This document shows, in pieces, positions 26,201 to 39,749 of a stretch of DNA of 64,000 nucleotides; positions within the stretch are counted from its first letter, which is position 1, and every line of letters begins with the position of its first letter. Position numbers and translations under genes: made by a program. Source of the stretch: Raja brachyura. Taxonomy: Eukaryota. The notes below the pieces were generated by a model, which made no database searches, was not told the origin of the DNA, and saw only the letters and a program-made list of their open reading frames with translations. Where the stretch lies: the NCBI GenBank assembly GCA_963514005.1, contig OY740782.1:150908001-150972000 (forward strand), written 5' to 3'.

Positions 26201-28380
26201 TATATGTTTCTATAAGATTGCCCCTCATCCTTCTAAACTCCAGTGAATACAAGCCTAGATTTTTCAATCTTTCCTCATATGACAGTCTCGCCATCCCTGG
26301 GATCAATCTCGTGAACCTACGCTGCACTGCCTCAATCACAAGGATGTTCTTCATCCTCCAGTGGTCTCACCAGAGCCCTATACAACTGCAGAAGAACCTC
26401 TCTACTCCTATACTGAAATCCTCTTGTTATGAAGGCCAACATTCCATTAGCTTTCTTCACTGCCTGCTGCCAACTTTCAGTGACAGGTGTACAAGGACAT
26501 CCAGGTCTCACTGTACCCCCCCCTTACCTAACCTAACCCCATTGAGATAATAATCTACCCCCTTGTTTTTGCCGCCAAAATGGATAACCTCACATTTATC
26601 TATATTATACTACATCTGCCACGCATCTGCCCATTCATTCAACCTGTCCAGGTCACCTCTGCAACCTCCTAACATCTTTTTCACAGTTCACACTGCCACC
26701 CAGCTTTGTGTCATCCACACTTGCTAGTGTTGCTCCTAATTCCCTCTTCCAAATCATTACTATATATGGTAAACAGTTGCGGCCCCAACACCGAGCCTTG
26801 CGGCACTCCACTCGCCACTGCCTGCCATTCTGAAAAGGACCCGTTCACTCCTATTCTTTGCTTCCTGTCTGCCAACCAATTTTCTATCCACGTCAACACC
26901 CTATCCCCAATACCATGTGCTCTAATTTTAGTCACCAGTCTCCAGTACGGGACCTTATCAAAGGCTTTCTGAAAGTCTAGATACACTACATCCACTGGCA
27001 CCCCTTCATCCATTTTACTTGTCACATCCTCAAAAAATTCCAGAAGATTAGTCAAGCATGATTTCCCTTTCATAAATCCTTTCCTTTCATAAATGCAGTT
27101 GTATTGCGGTGCATTCATTTACTAAAACAATGTGAAATATACAATTAATTGACAATTAAATCATAAGGGTTGATAGATTTAACATAAGCGCGTGGCAGTG
27201 CATGCGCCAAAGGAGTATTTCTACTGCACTCAATAGTCAGAAAGAGATGACTGGTGCAGGAAAATACGCGGGGAACACATGGATCGCAGCATTGGTCGAT
27301 TTGTAAAACGTCTGTGTGCTCTGGCTAAAGTACATGGAATCCAGACCCCACTGATCATCCCAGATATGTTTTACATTTTCACACACGCCTACATTATATC
27401 ACCCAGTGACCTTCACGCAGAAGCGTTCACTTCATGTACTCGGCTTCAGTGTGCAAAGGCAAACAATGTGGACACCTCTGGCCTTCGTTAAACTGGAAGA
27501 TAATGAGCATCCATTCGGTATTTGACTCTGTTTTACTCAGGTCACTATCTGTGTGGTGCGTGACTAGCAATCATACCCACTATATGAACTACCTGATAAC
27601 TCTGTGTCAGATAATCTCTAAACAGATTCTATACAGAATCTAGTGGGCGGGCGCGACTCACGTTGCAGCGGCCCCTACAGCCTGTCTGTCTTTTTTTTAT
27701 TTTTTGTCTAGTTAAATGTAGTTGTTCGTGTTTTTTTTGTATTGCTTGTAACTGTGTATATGTGGGGGGTGGGGGGGGGAAGAGGGGGAAACTTTTAAAT
27801 CTCTTCCCTGCACGGGAGACCCGACTTTTTCCCTGTCGGGTCTCCGTTGTTGTTGGGACCTAGCACTATGGAGCGGCCTCCGACCGAGACGACCTGGGTG
27901 CTCCATTCACGGAGCTGCGGACTCACCGTCATGGGGCTGGCTGGCCTCGGAGCGTGGGGAGCGGTGGTGGCTCGCCGCTGCGGCCCGACTCTGGAGCTTC
28001 AGCTCCAGCTGCAGACCGGTGGACTATCGGGAGCTCGCGGGTCCGGGTGGGAGACCGCTCTCCGGAGCTCCCGCAACACAACATCTCCAGCTCGTGTCGC
28101 GGGGTTGGAGCGACCTGGAGCGGGGCCGTACATCGCCCGGCGCGGCTTTCATGGCCGCGGGACATTCCAGCGCCCGCCGGGGGCTCCAACTGTGACCTTT
28201 GGGCCTAGAGCGGGGCCGTACATCGCCCGGCGCTACCTCAAAGGCCGTGGGACTTAACACCGCCCGCCTGCAGCTCGACCTCGGGAGTGAGATGGTGCGG
28301 GGGAGAGAGAAGACTTTGCCTTCCATCACAGTGAGGATGAGATTCACTGTGATGGATGTTTGTGTGAATTGAATTGTCTG

Positions 28381-28411
<31 letters not shown>

Positions 28412-29202
28412 AATGATTTATGTATGGCATGTAGAAACGGAGTTTCGTTCGAGCCTCTCTGAGGTTCGAATGACAAATAATAAAATCAAATCAAATCAAA
28501 TCAAATCAAAGAGACATTGATCCCACTGTACACGTGAAAGCTAATCCCAATCAAACACAGTAGCCGGGATTTACATGATCACAATGTGTACTCCTGACAG
28601 TTTAACCAAAATGATGCAGCATGTAACCAATAAGATTGGTAGCTGCAATTTGCGAGATCTGTTGCTAGCTAGTTTTTTATTTTGTTAGTTGTTATTCACC
28701 ATCAGAGTTTTCAGTGTTTGAGCAGCAGATTGAAAGTGCCTGATTAATTTAGCAGCACGGTCGACACAGGTGTTTCCTTTCAGTTACATGGTGAGCTCTT
28801 GCCCATCATTCATAATGAAATGTTTTGTCGTCGGCCACAGAAAATGTGGAAGAGGGGGGATATTCTGATTCGGCAGAATCTTAAATGCATTCCTTCCTTA
28901 CACTATTAGTCATTTTATCATTTATTCAATGCGCATTCTTATGATAACAAAGACCGTTTGTGCAGAGCCACATAAACACAAATGATCCCCTCTCATCCCT
29001 CTAAATTACAGCGAATACAAGTCCAGTCAATCCATTCTTTCATCATACGTCAGTCCCACCATCCCGGGAATTAACCTGGTGAACCTACGCTGCACTCCCT
29101 CAATAGCAAGAATGTCCTTCCTCAAATTAGGAGATGAAAATTGCACACAATATTCCAGGTGTGGTCTCACCAGGGCTCTGGACAACTGCAGTAGGACCTC
29201 CT
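20213..29202. repeat. Tandem segmental duplication, copy 2
   Basis: Matches 11230-20219 at offset 8983; identity ends at ACCTCCT 29196-29202. Confidence 0.97.
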
Positions 29203-31650
29203 TGCTCCTAAACTCAAATCCTCTCGCTATGAAGGCCAACGCTATGAGCTTTCTTCACTGTCTGCTGTACCTGCATGCTTACTTTCAGTGACTGATGTAC
29301 AAGCACACCCAGGTCTCGTTGCACCTCCCCTTTTCCTAATAACAATGACACCATTCCGATAATAATCTACCTTCCTGTTCTTGCCACCAAAGTGGATAAC
29401 CTCACAATTATCCACATTATGCTGCATCTGCCATGCTTCTGCCCACTCACCCAACCTGTACAAGATGCTATATGCCCAGCAGCCGCATAGCATCTTCCTC
29501 GCAGCCCACACTGACACCTAGCTTTGTATGACCTGCAAACTTAGAGATGTTACATTTAATTCCCTTGTCTAAATTGTTGATATATATTGTAAACAACCGG
29601 GACCTTGCACCGAGCCTTGCGGCACCCCACTAGTCACTGCCTGCCATTCTGAAAAGGACCCGTTAATTGCTACTCTTTGCTTCCTGTCTACCAACCAGTT
29701 CTCTATCCATGTCAATACTCTACCCCAATACCATGTGCTCTAATTCTGCACACTAATCTCTTTTGTGGGACCTTGTCAAAGGCTTTCTGCAAGTCCAGAT
29801 ACACCACATCCACTGCCTCTCCTTTATCCATTCTACTTGTTACATCCTCAAAACATTCCAAAATATTAGTAAAGCATGGTTTCCCCTTGCTGACTTTGGC
29901 CGATCCCGTCACTGCTTTCCAAATGTGCTGCTATAACATCTTTAATATTCGACTCCAGCATCTTCCCCACTACCGATGTAAGGCTAACTGGTCTATAATT
30001 CCCCGTTTTCTCTCTCCTTTCTTAAAAAGTGGAGTTACATTGGCTACCCTCCAGTCCACAGGAACTGATCCAGAGTCGAGAGAACAGTGAAAAATGATGA
30101 CGAATGCATCCTAGGGTCAACTTCTTGTGGTGTCTAGGATGCAGACCATCAGGCCCTGGGGATTTATCTGCCTTCAGTCCCAACAGTTTACCTAACACCA
30201 TTTTCTGACTAATGTGGATTCCCTTCAGATCCTCCCTCCTACTAGATCCTCGGTCCCCTAGTATTTCTGGGAGATTGTTTGTGTCTTCCTTAGTGAAGAC
30301 AGAATCAAAGTACTCTTTTAACTGTTCTGGGATTTCTTTGTTTCCCATTATAAATTCACCTGTCTCTGACTGTAAGGGACCTACATATGTCTTTGCTAAT
30401 CTTTTTCATTTTCCATACCTAAATAAACATTTACAGCCAGTTTTTATATTTCCCCCCAAGCTTTCTTTCATGCTCTTCCCCCCTCTTAATTAACCCCTTT
30501 GTCCTCCTCTGTTGGAGTTCCAAATTTCTCCCAGTCCCCTGATTTGCCGCTTCTTCTGGCCAATTTATATGCCTCTACATTGGCTTTAACACTATCATTG
30601 TCTTCCCTCCTCAGCCACGGTTAAGCCTCCTTCCCAGTTTTATTCTTTCACCATGGAGCGCAGGAGGATGATGAGGGGAGATCTTATAGAGGTGTATAAA
30701 ATCATGAGAGGAATAGATCGGGAAGATGCCCCGAGACTTGTGCCCAGAGTGAGGGAATCGAGGACCAGAGGACATAGGTTCAAGGTGAAGGGGAAAAGAT
30801 TTAACAGGAATCCGAGAGGTAACGTTTTCACACCAAGGGTGGTGGGTGTATGGAACAAGCTGCCAGAGGAGGTAGTTACAGCTGGGACTATCCCATTGTT
30901 TAAAAGACAGTTAGACAGGTACATTGATATGACATGGATTGGAGGGATATTGACCAAGTGCAGGTAAGTGGGACTAGTATAGCTGGGACATTGTTGGCCG
31001 ATGTGGGCACGTTGGGCCGAAGGGCCTGTTTCCACACTGTAGTACACTATGACTCTGTGACTCTAACAATTTCTGGAGTTTATCTAAACGGTCTTTAAAT
31101 CTTCGCCATTGCATCTCCACTGTCAACCCTTTACGTAAAATTTGCCCGTCTCTCCGAGCCAGTTGCCGTCTCATACCTTCAAAGTCTTCTTTACTCAAGT
31201 TCAGGAGCCCGGTCTCTGAATTAACCGTGTCCCTGTCCATTCTAATGTGGAATTCCACCATATTATGGTCACGGTTGACCAAGGGACTTTGCACAACAAG
31301 ATCGCTAACTAATCCTTCCTCGTTACACAATACCCAGCCTGCCCTCTAGTCGGTTCCTCTACATATTGGTATAAAAACCCATCTCGTATACATTCCTGGA
31401 AATCCTCCTCAGCACCTTTACCAATTTGATTGGCCCAATCTATTGGTAAATTAAAGTCACCCATGATAACCGCTGTATCTTTGCTGCACACATCCCTAAT
31501 TTCCTGCTTGATGCTATCCCCAACCTCCATCCTGCTGTTTGGGGTCTGTACACCACTCCAACAAGTGTTTTCTGCCCTTGGCTATTTCACAGTTCTACCC
31601 ATACTGATTTTACAACATCCAAACTAATGTCTCTCCTTGCTATTGCATTA
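28984..31650 (-). mobile_element. CR1 LINE (APE plus RT) with a nested + strand CR1 3' end at about 30650-31065
   Basis: Minus-strand ORFs 29027-31530 with APE/RT motifs; + strand ORF 30653-30967. Confidence 0.9.
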
Positions 31651-32409
31651 TTGCTTATTGGTCGTTCACCTTGATCATGAATGATCGGCCAAAATGTTAC
31701 GTTTTCCCTGCCGCATCTGTGTCTCACTTCATTTTATTAGCCTCAGAACTCGCCGTTAAAGCTTAATATTTTTTAATTGAATGGCATTTCATATTTATTC
31801 ATATTCCAATTGTTTTCACCTTTCCCCCACATATGATGTGGCTGGAGTCCAACACTCCACCGTTAGCAAAGAGCAGGAGGTAACTGAACGGAAGCACCTG
31901 TGGATTATTTAGAGAAATGAATGTACTGATTCCAGCCCGATGCACAGAGCTGCTGACTGCAAACTAACAACTCCAAGATCTGCCCAGCAACACGTGTCTC
32001 ATACCCTCAACTGGCGACGCAATTGGATAACCAATGGGTCTTTAGGATTCATAATTTAATTGTGCTCTCTGACAGTTTGGACCCAAAGGCACTCTGGACT
32101 GAAAGTGAGAAGTGTAAATGATTAAAAGACCGAATGGACACTCATTACATCCATTCACAAATTTGCTAGATGCAGTTCTTGGAGTTGGAGGGATCTAATA
32201 ATATTTGGAAGAATCAGACTCATGAACAGCAGCAGTGATTGGGTTGAAGGCTGAACCAGTTTTAAGGGCCGAATGGCCTACCTTGCTGCAATTGTTAATG
32301 TTCGTGTCTAGTCATGATCCGTTACTATAATATTTTTCAGTCTACAACACTGTTGTTCATGAAATCGTGTTACAAATATTTCGCTGGAGCATGTCCCATG
32401 CGCAATATC

Positions 32410-32857
32410 AATAGACAATAGTATAGGTGCAGGAGTAGGTCATTCGGCCCTTCGAGCCAGCACCGCCATTCAATGTGATCATGGCTGATCATCCCCAATC
32501 AGTACCCCGTTCCTGCCTTCTCCCCATATCCCCTGACTCCACTATCTTTAAGAGCCCTATCTAGCTCTCCCTTGAAAGTATCCAGAGAACCGGCCTCCAC
32601 CGCCCTCTGAGGCAGAGAATTCCACAGACTCACCACTCTCTGTGTGGAAAAGTGTTTCCTCGTCTCCGTTCTAAATGGCTTACCCCTTATTCTTAAACTG
32701 TGGCCCCTGGTTCTGGACTCCCCCAACATCGGGAACATGTTTCCTCCCTTTATCGTACCCAAACCCTGAATAATCTTATATGTTTCAATAAGATCCCCTC
32801 TCATCTTCTAAATTCCAGAGTTTACAAGCCCAGCTGCTCCATTCTCTCAGCATATGA
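32410..32857 (-). mobile_element. CR1 LINE 3' end
   Basis: ORF 32499-32804 ending GYGEKAGTGY; 3' UTR. Confidence 0.9.
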
Positions 32858-33074
32858 TAAACAGCATAACATGGTGAAAATGACGTGTCAGAGAGTTTAA
32901 ATGTGAATAAATGATGATAATTCACCTTGACTTAATGTCAAATACTTTCAGAATTTGGCAGAACGTAGTGACGCTTGAGTGGCTTTACGTCTACAGAGAG
33001 TGTTACTGACATGGAGAAATTCAATAGAACAACAGACATTCACGAGGACAATCTCTGTGACTGAACTCTGCTTT

Positions 33075-33500
33075 CAGGATCTGTCTGTCTCCATCACAAA
33101 AGGTAGACTACGCACAGACGTCCATTAATACCCGCTGACTCTCAGTCACTTTGACTGCATCCTTCCAATCTGCCCCTTGCAAGGAAGCCATCCCTTACTC
33201 TCGATTTCTCCGTCTCAGCTACTTCTACTTCTACGATAACACTTTTCACCCAGCGACATGCGAAACCTTCCTTTAATTTCAGTAGCCGTGGTTTGGCCGT
33301 GCAGTTGTGGATTACACCTCCATCCATATCTTCCCTGTGTCTCGCAGTTCTGCTCTCGCTCGCCCTTCCTCAGACGGAACAAGGATAATGTTCCTCTGGA
33401 CCTCGCTTTTCACCACACCAGCCTGCACATATAATATATCATTCTCCGACATTTCCAATATCTTCAACGTGATCTCATCTCCAGTCGCATCCGGTCACTG
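33075..33500 (+). mobile_element. Degenerate Penelope-like RT fragment
   Basis: DLSVSIT..RL.TD and CKEAIPYSRFLRL-like translations; homologous to 54530-54850. Confidence 0.6.
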
Positions 33501-33544
33501 GAAGTGTCATGACAGCAGTCAGGGTTACCGTCGAGGAAGTACTG

Positions 33545-34510
33545 AAACAGAGGGTGATGGTGGAAGGTTGCTTCTCGGACTGGAGGCCTGTGACTAGTGG
33601 TGTGCCTCAGGGTTCGGTGCTGGGCCCGTTACTGTTTGTCATCTACATCAATGATTTGGATGAGAACATACAGGGCAAGGTTAGCAAGTTTGCTGATGGT
33701 AAAAAGTAAGTTTAGCAGATAGTGAAAATGGTTGTGAACGATTGCAGCAGGATCTGGATCGATTGGCCAGGTGGGCGGAGGAATGGTTGATGGAATTTAA
33801 TACAGAGAAGAGTGAGGTGCTGCATTTTGCATCTTTGAACAAGGGCAGGACCTACACAGTGAATGGTAGGCCTCTGGGTAGTGTTGTAGAGCAGAGGGAT
33901 CTAGGAGTACAGGTGCATGGTTCCTTGAAGGTCGAGTCGCAGGTAGATAAGGTGGTCAACAAGGCTTTTGGCTCTTTGGCCTTCATCAGTCAGAGCATTG
34001 AGTATAGAAGTTGGGAGGTCATGTTGCAGTTGTATAAAAAGTTGGTGAGGCCGCATTTAGAATATTGTGTTCAGTTCTGGGCACCATGTTATAGGAAAGA
34101 TGTTGTCAAGCTTGAAGGGGTTCAGAAAAGATTTACGAGGATGTTGCCAGGACTAGAGGGTGTTAGCTATAGGGAGAGGTTGAGTAGGCCAGGTCGCTAT
34201 TTCATGGAGCGCAGGAGCATGAGGGGTGATCTTATAGAGGTGTACAAAATGATGAGAATAGGGGAATCGAGGACCAGAGGACATGGGTTCAAGGTGAAAG
34301 GGAAAAGATTTAATAGGAATACGATGGGTAACATTTTCACACAGAGGGTGATGGGTGGATGGAACAAGCTGCCAGAGGTAGATGAGGCTGGGACTATCCC
34401 ATCGTTTAAGAATCAGTTGGACAGGTACATGGATAGCACAGGTTTGGAGGGTTATGGACCAAGCGCAGGAAAGTGGGACAAGTGTAGCTGGGACATTGTT
34501 GGTCGGTGTG
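33545..34510 (+). mobile_element. CR1 LINE 3' portion
   Basis: [30 protein letters not shown]. Confidence 0.9.
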
Positions 34511-34862
34511 GTCGAGAGTTGAGGGAGAGAGACAGGGGGGAGGGAGAGAGAGAGAGGGAGAAGGGAGAGGGATAGGGGAGAGAGAGAAGGGGGGAGAGAG
34601 GGAGAGAGATAGAGGAGGGGGAGAGAGAGAAGGGGAGAGAGAGAGGGGAGGGTAGAGAGTGAGAGCAGAGAGAATGGGAGAGAAAAAGAAAGGGGTAGGG
34701 ACAGAGGGAGTGGGGGTGCAGGGGAGGAGGAGAGGGAGGGTGGGTGAGGGAGGGACGGTGAGGGTGAGGGGGAGGGTGGGGGAGGAGGGGTGAGAGATGG
34801 GAGGGGAGAGAGAGATGGGAGGGGAGAGAGAGCGGTTGTGGGGGGGGGGCAGCCTGTGGCGT

Positions 34863-35021
34863 CACACACACTAACTACCCCCCCGCACACACACTAACTA
34901 CCCCCCCGCACACACACTAACTACCCCCCCGCACACACACTAACTACCCCCCCGCACACACACTAACTACCCCCCCGCACACACACTAACTACCCCCCCG
35001 CACACACACTAACTACCCCCC
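34863..35021. repeat. Minisatellite, 23-bp unit CACACACACTAACTACCCCCCCG, about 7 copies
   Basis: Direct reading. Confidence 0.95.
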
Positions 35022-35085
35022 TTGATATTATATTAATATTATTAATTTGCTCCTTTTACCCCATAATCGCCCTATCCACTGACGC

Positions 35086-36385
35086 CAGGCACGTGCCGTC
35101 AGGGTAGGCAAGGTAGGCACTGCGTACCCTGACTAAAATTATAACATAGTAATTACTAAATATAAATAATAAAGCATGGGAGAATTATGCCTGTCTAAGA
35201 GATCGATCTCTTAGGTAGGCATAATTCTCCGTGCCTTTCATCCGCAGCACTTGTAACCCTTGAAGCTCTGTGCAGCCCACGTGCCGTCAGCGCTGCCTGA
35301 AGCCGTCAACGACAAGCGGGGCTGAAGGCAGCAGAAATTCTGCCTTTGCAGCACTACGCATGCGCAGCACTGGTTTCTTGGCGGGGTTTTCAAATATGGA
35401 TTGTCATTATTTTAATTGTATGTTAGGAAAGAAAGAGAGAAGAATGGAGTTTGTGTACCAATAATGTGGTAAGTACATTTTGTGTTTATGTTTTTAAATA
35501 CCGTATTTCCCGGGGTGTGGGGGGAGAGCTTCTTTCACAGCGTTTGGGGAGGCTGGCCCGGGATAAAGTTACGGGGAGGGCACGAATGTTGTGAAGGAGG
35601 GGTCGGGAGCATGCCACTTGCGACGCTCCTTGCTGTGCTGGAGAGCGGACCAGCCGCCAGCTTAGCTCCTTCTGCCGGCGCCCGCTCATCTCTGGCAGCT
35701 CTCCATCTAAAAACCTCTCCTGCCGCTCGCTGGCCTCACTCATGTCAGGTTGAGGTTGAGGTTACCCGGCTGTGGGAATTGAAGGATTTGCAGGAAGCCG
35801 CTGACATGAGCGAAGTCGGCGAGTGGCAGGTGAGAGGTGTTCAGACAGAGAGCACTGCCAGAGGTGAGCGGGCCGGCAGAAGGCGCTGAAGTGGCGGTCA
35901 GTTCTGCTGTCGAGTCCCGGCGGCCGCTCGCAGCCAGCCGAGCTGCTTCTATCCCCGGCTACAGTGCGGTGGCGCCCGGAGCACTGCGGCAGCGATGAGT
36001 GAGTAAGTTACTGGCATTATCCCTGACCCAACACTCCTGCCCTCCCCACAACATTAACCCTGGCACAGACTCTCCACACGCTGTGAAAGGAACTCTCCCC
36101 CAATTGGTCCCTTGAACAAGTGTTGTCATTCAATTAGATGACAACTGGTTCAACTTTTCCCTGTGCTCCCGTTTTTCCCACCATCTCTCCAGCTGCCATC
36201 ACCCTTCACCCATTCAGTAATTCAGAATGAAGGAGACTTGGAAGCCTTGGGTAAATTGAATTGTTACTGTCTTTATTTTCATTTTTAATTTTCACGGAGA
36301 CAACAATCTGCGCATGCGCGGTTTAATTTTCTTTAAAAAGCCGACTGACTGCCTACCCTGAGCAATTACTCACGGCACGTGCCTG
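35086..36385. mobile_element. Non-autonomous hAT-type DNA transposon (1,300 bp)
   Basis: 14-bp perfect TIR CAGGCACGTGCCGT; 8-bp TSD ACTGACGC (35078-35085) / ACTGACAC (36386-36393); subterminal GGTAGGCA repeats; no transposase ORF. Confidence 0.9.
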
Positions 36386-37452
36386 ACTGACACATAGCCC
36401 CCAACACGCAGGCGCGTCTGGGGGGGGGGGGGTTAGAGAGTGAGGGCAGAGAGAGAGAGTGGGGAGAGACAGAGAGAGAGGGGCAGAGATAGAAGGGAAG
36501 ACGGAGAGGGAGAGGGGGGTGGAGGGGAGGAGGAGAGGATGGGTGAATGAGGGGGGGAGGGTGGGGATAAAGGGAGGGGGAGATGGGGAGAGTTTGGGGA
36601 GGGGGAGATGGGGAGAGAGTGGGGAGAGGGAGATGTGGAGAGATTGGGGAGGGGGAGGAGAGGGGAGGGGGAAGGGAGCGAAAGGGGGATGAGGATGGGG
36701 AGGAGAGCGGGGAGGGTAAAGGAAGAGACAGGGGTAGGTGGGAGGGGGTGGTAGAGGGGGAGGGTGGGTGAGGGAGGTCGAAAGGGGTGGGGAAGGGAAG
36801 GGGAGAGGGAGATGGAGAGGGGGAGGAGAGAGGGGTGGGGGAGGAGAGACGGATATGGAAGGGGAGAGCGGTGTGGAGGGGGAGGGAGGGGAGGAGGGAG
36901 ATGGGATAGGGGAGGGAGGGGGAAGAGTGTGGAGGGAGGGGGAGAGGGGTGGGGGAGAGTGGGGAAAGAGTGGGGCTGTAGAGTGGGAGGGGGAGGGGTA
37001 GGGGCAGTCCATCTATTCTCCACTCCCCATCACCCCCAATCCTCTTTCTCTAAAGGGGATGGGGGGCTGGTGCAAAGGCAGATGTAAATTAGATCCATTC
37101 CGATTGGACATCTGTGAGCATTGGGCATTGTGACATCACACAATGGAACGTTCAACAACATTCTATGGGTGAGAGCAATTTGATTTTTTAAATATTTTGA
37201 AATATTGGGGGGGGGCGAAAGATTTTATTAAAAAAGTGTACGTAAAAATGTCTAAATGTAATGAGGAGTGCATTAGTGAATGTAAAAGCGTAATGTCTAG
37301 CAAAATGGAAAAAATCGCGGCATTTGAGCTTCTGGTTTTCGCGGACCACGGAATCAAAGGGCAAAAATGTTATTTGAAAAAAAAAATGGGATGTGACATA
37401 CACCCACAAAGCCGACACACACACACAGAGTTTTAATATATAGATAGATAGA

Positions 37453-38895
37453 TTGAATAAGTATTCCCATGCTACTCTATCAAACGCCTTCTTGGCATCA
37501 AGTGAGATGACAAATTCTGGGGTTTTATTAGTTGCTATGGTGAATGTCGACGCACCAAATATTGATCACCCTGAGTTTTTTAAACAGATAATTGCATCCT
37601 TTCCTAATTTAAATGAACACTTTTTAATAATGGGTGGAGATTTCAACTGCTGTCTGAACCTCTCTGATTGACAGGTCTACATCTGATCATGTGCTTACAA
37701 ATAAATCAGCTAATTTCATTAATTCTTTTTTACTTGACTCTGGAATATTAGAAGTTTGGAGATTCTTACACCCAAATGACAAAGTATTTTCATTTTTCTC
37801 TCATGTATATCACAGTTATTCTAGGATTGATTATTTTATGCTAGATTCTTGGCTAGTTCCATCGGTCACTGCATGCGAGTATGACGCAATCGCTATTTCT
37901 GATCACGCACCTTTGAAACTATCAATCAATCTACCTGATTCCACGTTTAGTGCTAAACAATGGTGATTTAATGCTACTTTGCTTCAAGACTTAAACTTTA
38001 TTAATTTTATGAAAGATCAGATTGCTTTTTACTTTTTGACAAACTCTACTGAAGAAAAATCCAATGGTGTAGTCGGGGATGCTTTTAAGGCACTTATTCG
38101 TGGACAAATTATTTCATATAATTATTAAAAAAACAAAATCAAAAATAAATATGTACATTGGCTGATGAGATTAAGGAAATTGATAAAACATATTCAAAAG
38201 CTCCTAGTTTAGAGCTCTACAAGAATAGAGTTGAACTTCAATTGAGACATGATTTGTTATTAGTATCTCTGATTGAGAACCACCTACTTAAAACCAAAAG
38301 TCAATTTTATATACATGGCGAAAAATCTGGTAAAGTACTCGCTAATCAATTGAAAGCGGTGTCGGCCAAGCGTCAGATTACTAAAGTGAGAAAACGGGAT
38401 GGTACAGTAACTGTAGACCATGACGAAATTAATAAATCCTTTCAGGAATTTTATACCTCCCTATACCAATCAGATTTTCCTATTGATTCCAATATAATGC
38501 ATGAGTTTTTAAATAAACAGAACGTACCAAATTTACCCTATAATGAGTCTCTGTTGTTAGATAAACCCATCACGGAAGAAGAAATACAGAAAGCAATCTT
38601 TTCAATGAATTCTGGTAAAGCTCCCGGTTTAGATGGGTTTACAGTAGAATTTTTAAAGTATTTTTCAAATTTATTGTCTCCATGGCTACGTAAGGTATTT
38701 AAAGAAGCCCTTTTAAGGACTAGATTACCACAATCTTTTTATGAAGCTTCTATTTCTTTAATTCTTAAGAAAGATAAAGACCCTACTGAAGTGACATCAT
38801 ATAGACCTATATCAATGTTAAATGTAGATTTCAAAATTCTTTCCAAAATATTAGCAATGAGATTGGAAAAAGTTTTACCGCAAATTATCTCCGAC
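37453..38895 (+). mobile_element. L1-clade LINE ORF2 fragment (APE plus start of RT)
   Basis: NVDAPN, GGDFN, YSRIDYF, ISDHAP, GEKSGK, KAPGLDGF, YRPISMLNVDFKILSKILA. Confidence 0.88.
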
Positions 38896-39749
38896 ATTCC
38901 AGAGAAAACAATCCACGGATATCCAATCTCTCGCTGTGGCTGATCCAGGCAGCATTCTGGTTAACCTGTTTTGTACCCTCTCCAAAACCTCCTTTTCTTC
39001 CCTTTAATGGGGCAATTGGATCTGTACTCAATGCTCCAATTGTGGCCTCATCAAACTCATATAGAACTGCATCATGACTTCCTGACCCTTATGCTCAATA
39101 CCCCTAGTAATGAACGCAAGCATACCATACGTCCACTTTACCATCTACATGTGCTGCCAACTGCAGCGATCTATGAACTTGGACTCCAAGATGCCTCAGC
39201 ACATCCATGTTCTTCAGAATCTAGCAATTTACTCTATAAAACAGCCTATCATTGATGATCATTGAATGGTGGCGGCTTCACGTAAATTTAAATGGATTTA
39301 AGATGGTAAATGAGGATCATATAACCATATAACAATTACAGCACGGAAACAGGCCATCTCGGCCCTTCAAGTCCGTGCCGAACAACTTTTTCCCTTAGTC
39401 CCACCTGCCTGCACTCATACCATAACCCTCCATACCCTTCTCATCCATATGCCTATCCAATTTATTTTTAAATGATACCAACGAACCTGCCGCCACCACT
39501 TCCATTCCACACCGCTACCACTCTCTGAGTAAAGAAGTTCCCCCTCATGTTACCCCTAAACCTCTGTCCCTTAATGAGAGGGAATGAGAGGGAAATGCCT
39601 TTTCCGATTTAAATGGAAACTAGTTATAATATGTTCACCGTGGAGGAAAGATGTGTTGTCTCCAAGACCATGTGTAGTAACAAAAGGGATTGAAGCATCT
39701 TTTATATGCAGCACCAAGCCAAATAATATTAAGCAACTATTAAGAGACG

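Larger units (their letters stand above)
34510..37452 (-). mobile_element. Putative non-autonomous Helitron-like element with G/A-rich tracts; hosts the hAT insertion
   Basis: Minus-strand start TCTATCTATCTATATATTAAAACTCTGTGTGTG resembles non-autonomous Helitron 5' ends; 3' CTRR/hairpin end not seen. Confidence 0.4.

Noticed and set aside
34863-35021. Regular 23-bp repeats resembling a CRISPR array
   Set aside because: No unique spacers; eukaryotic minisatellite
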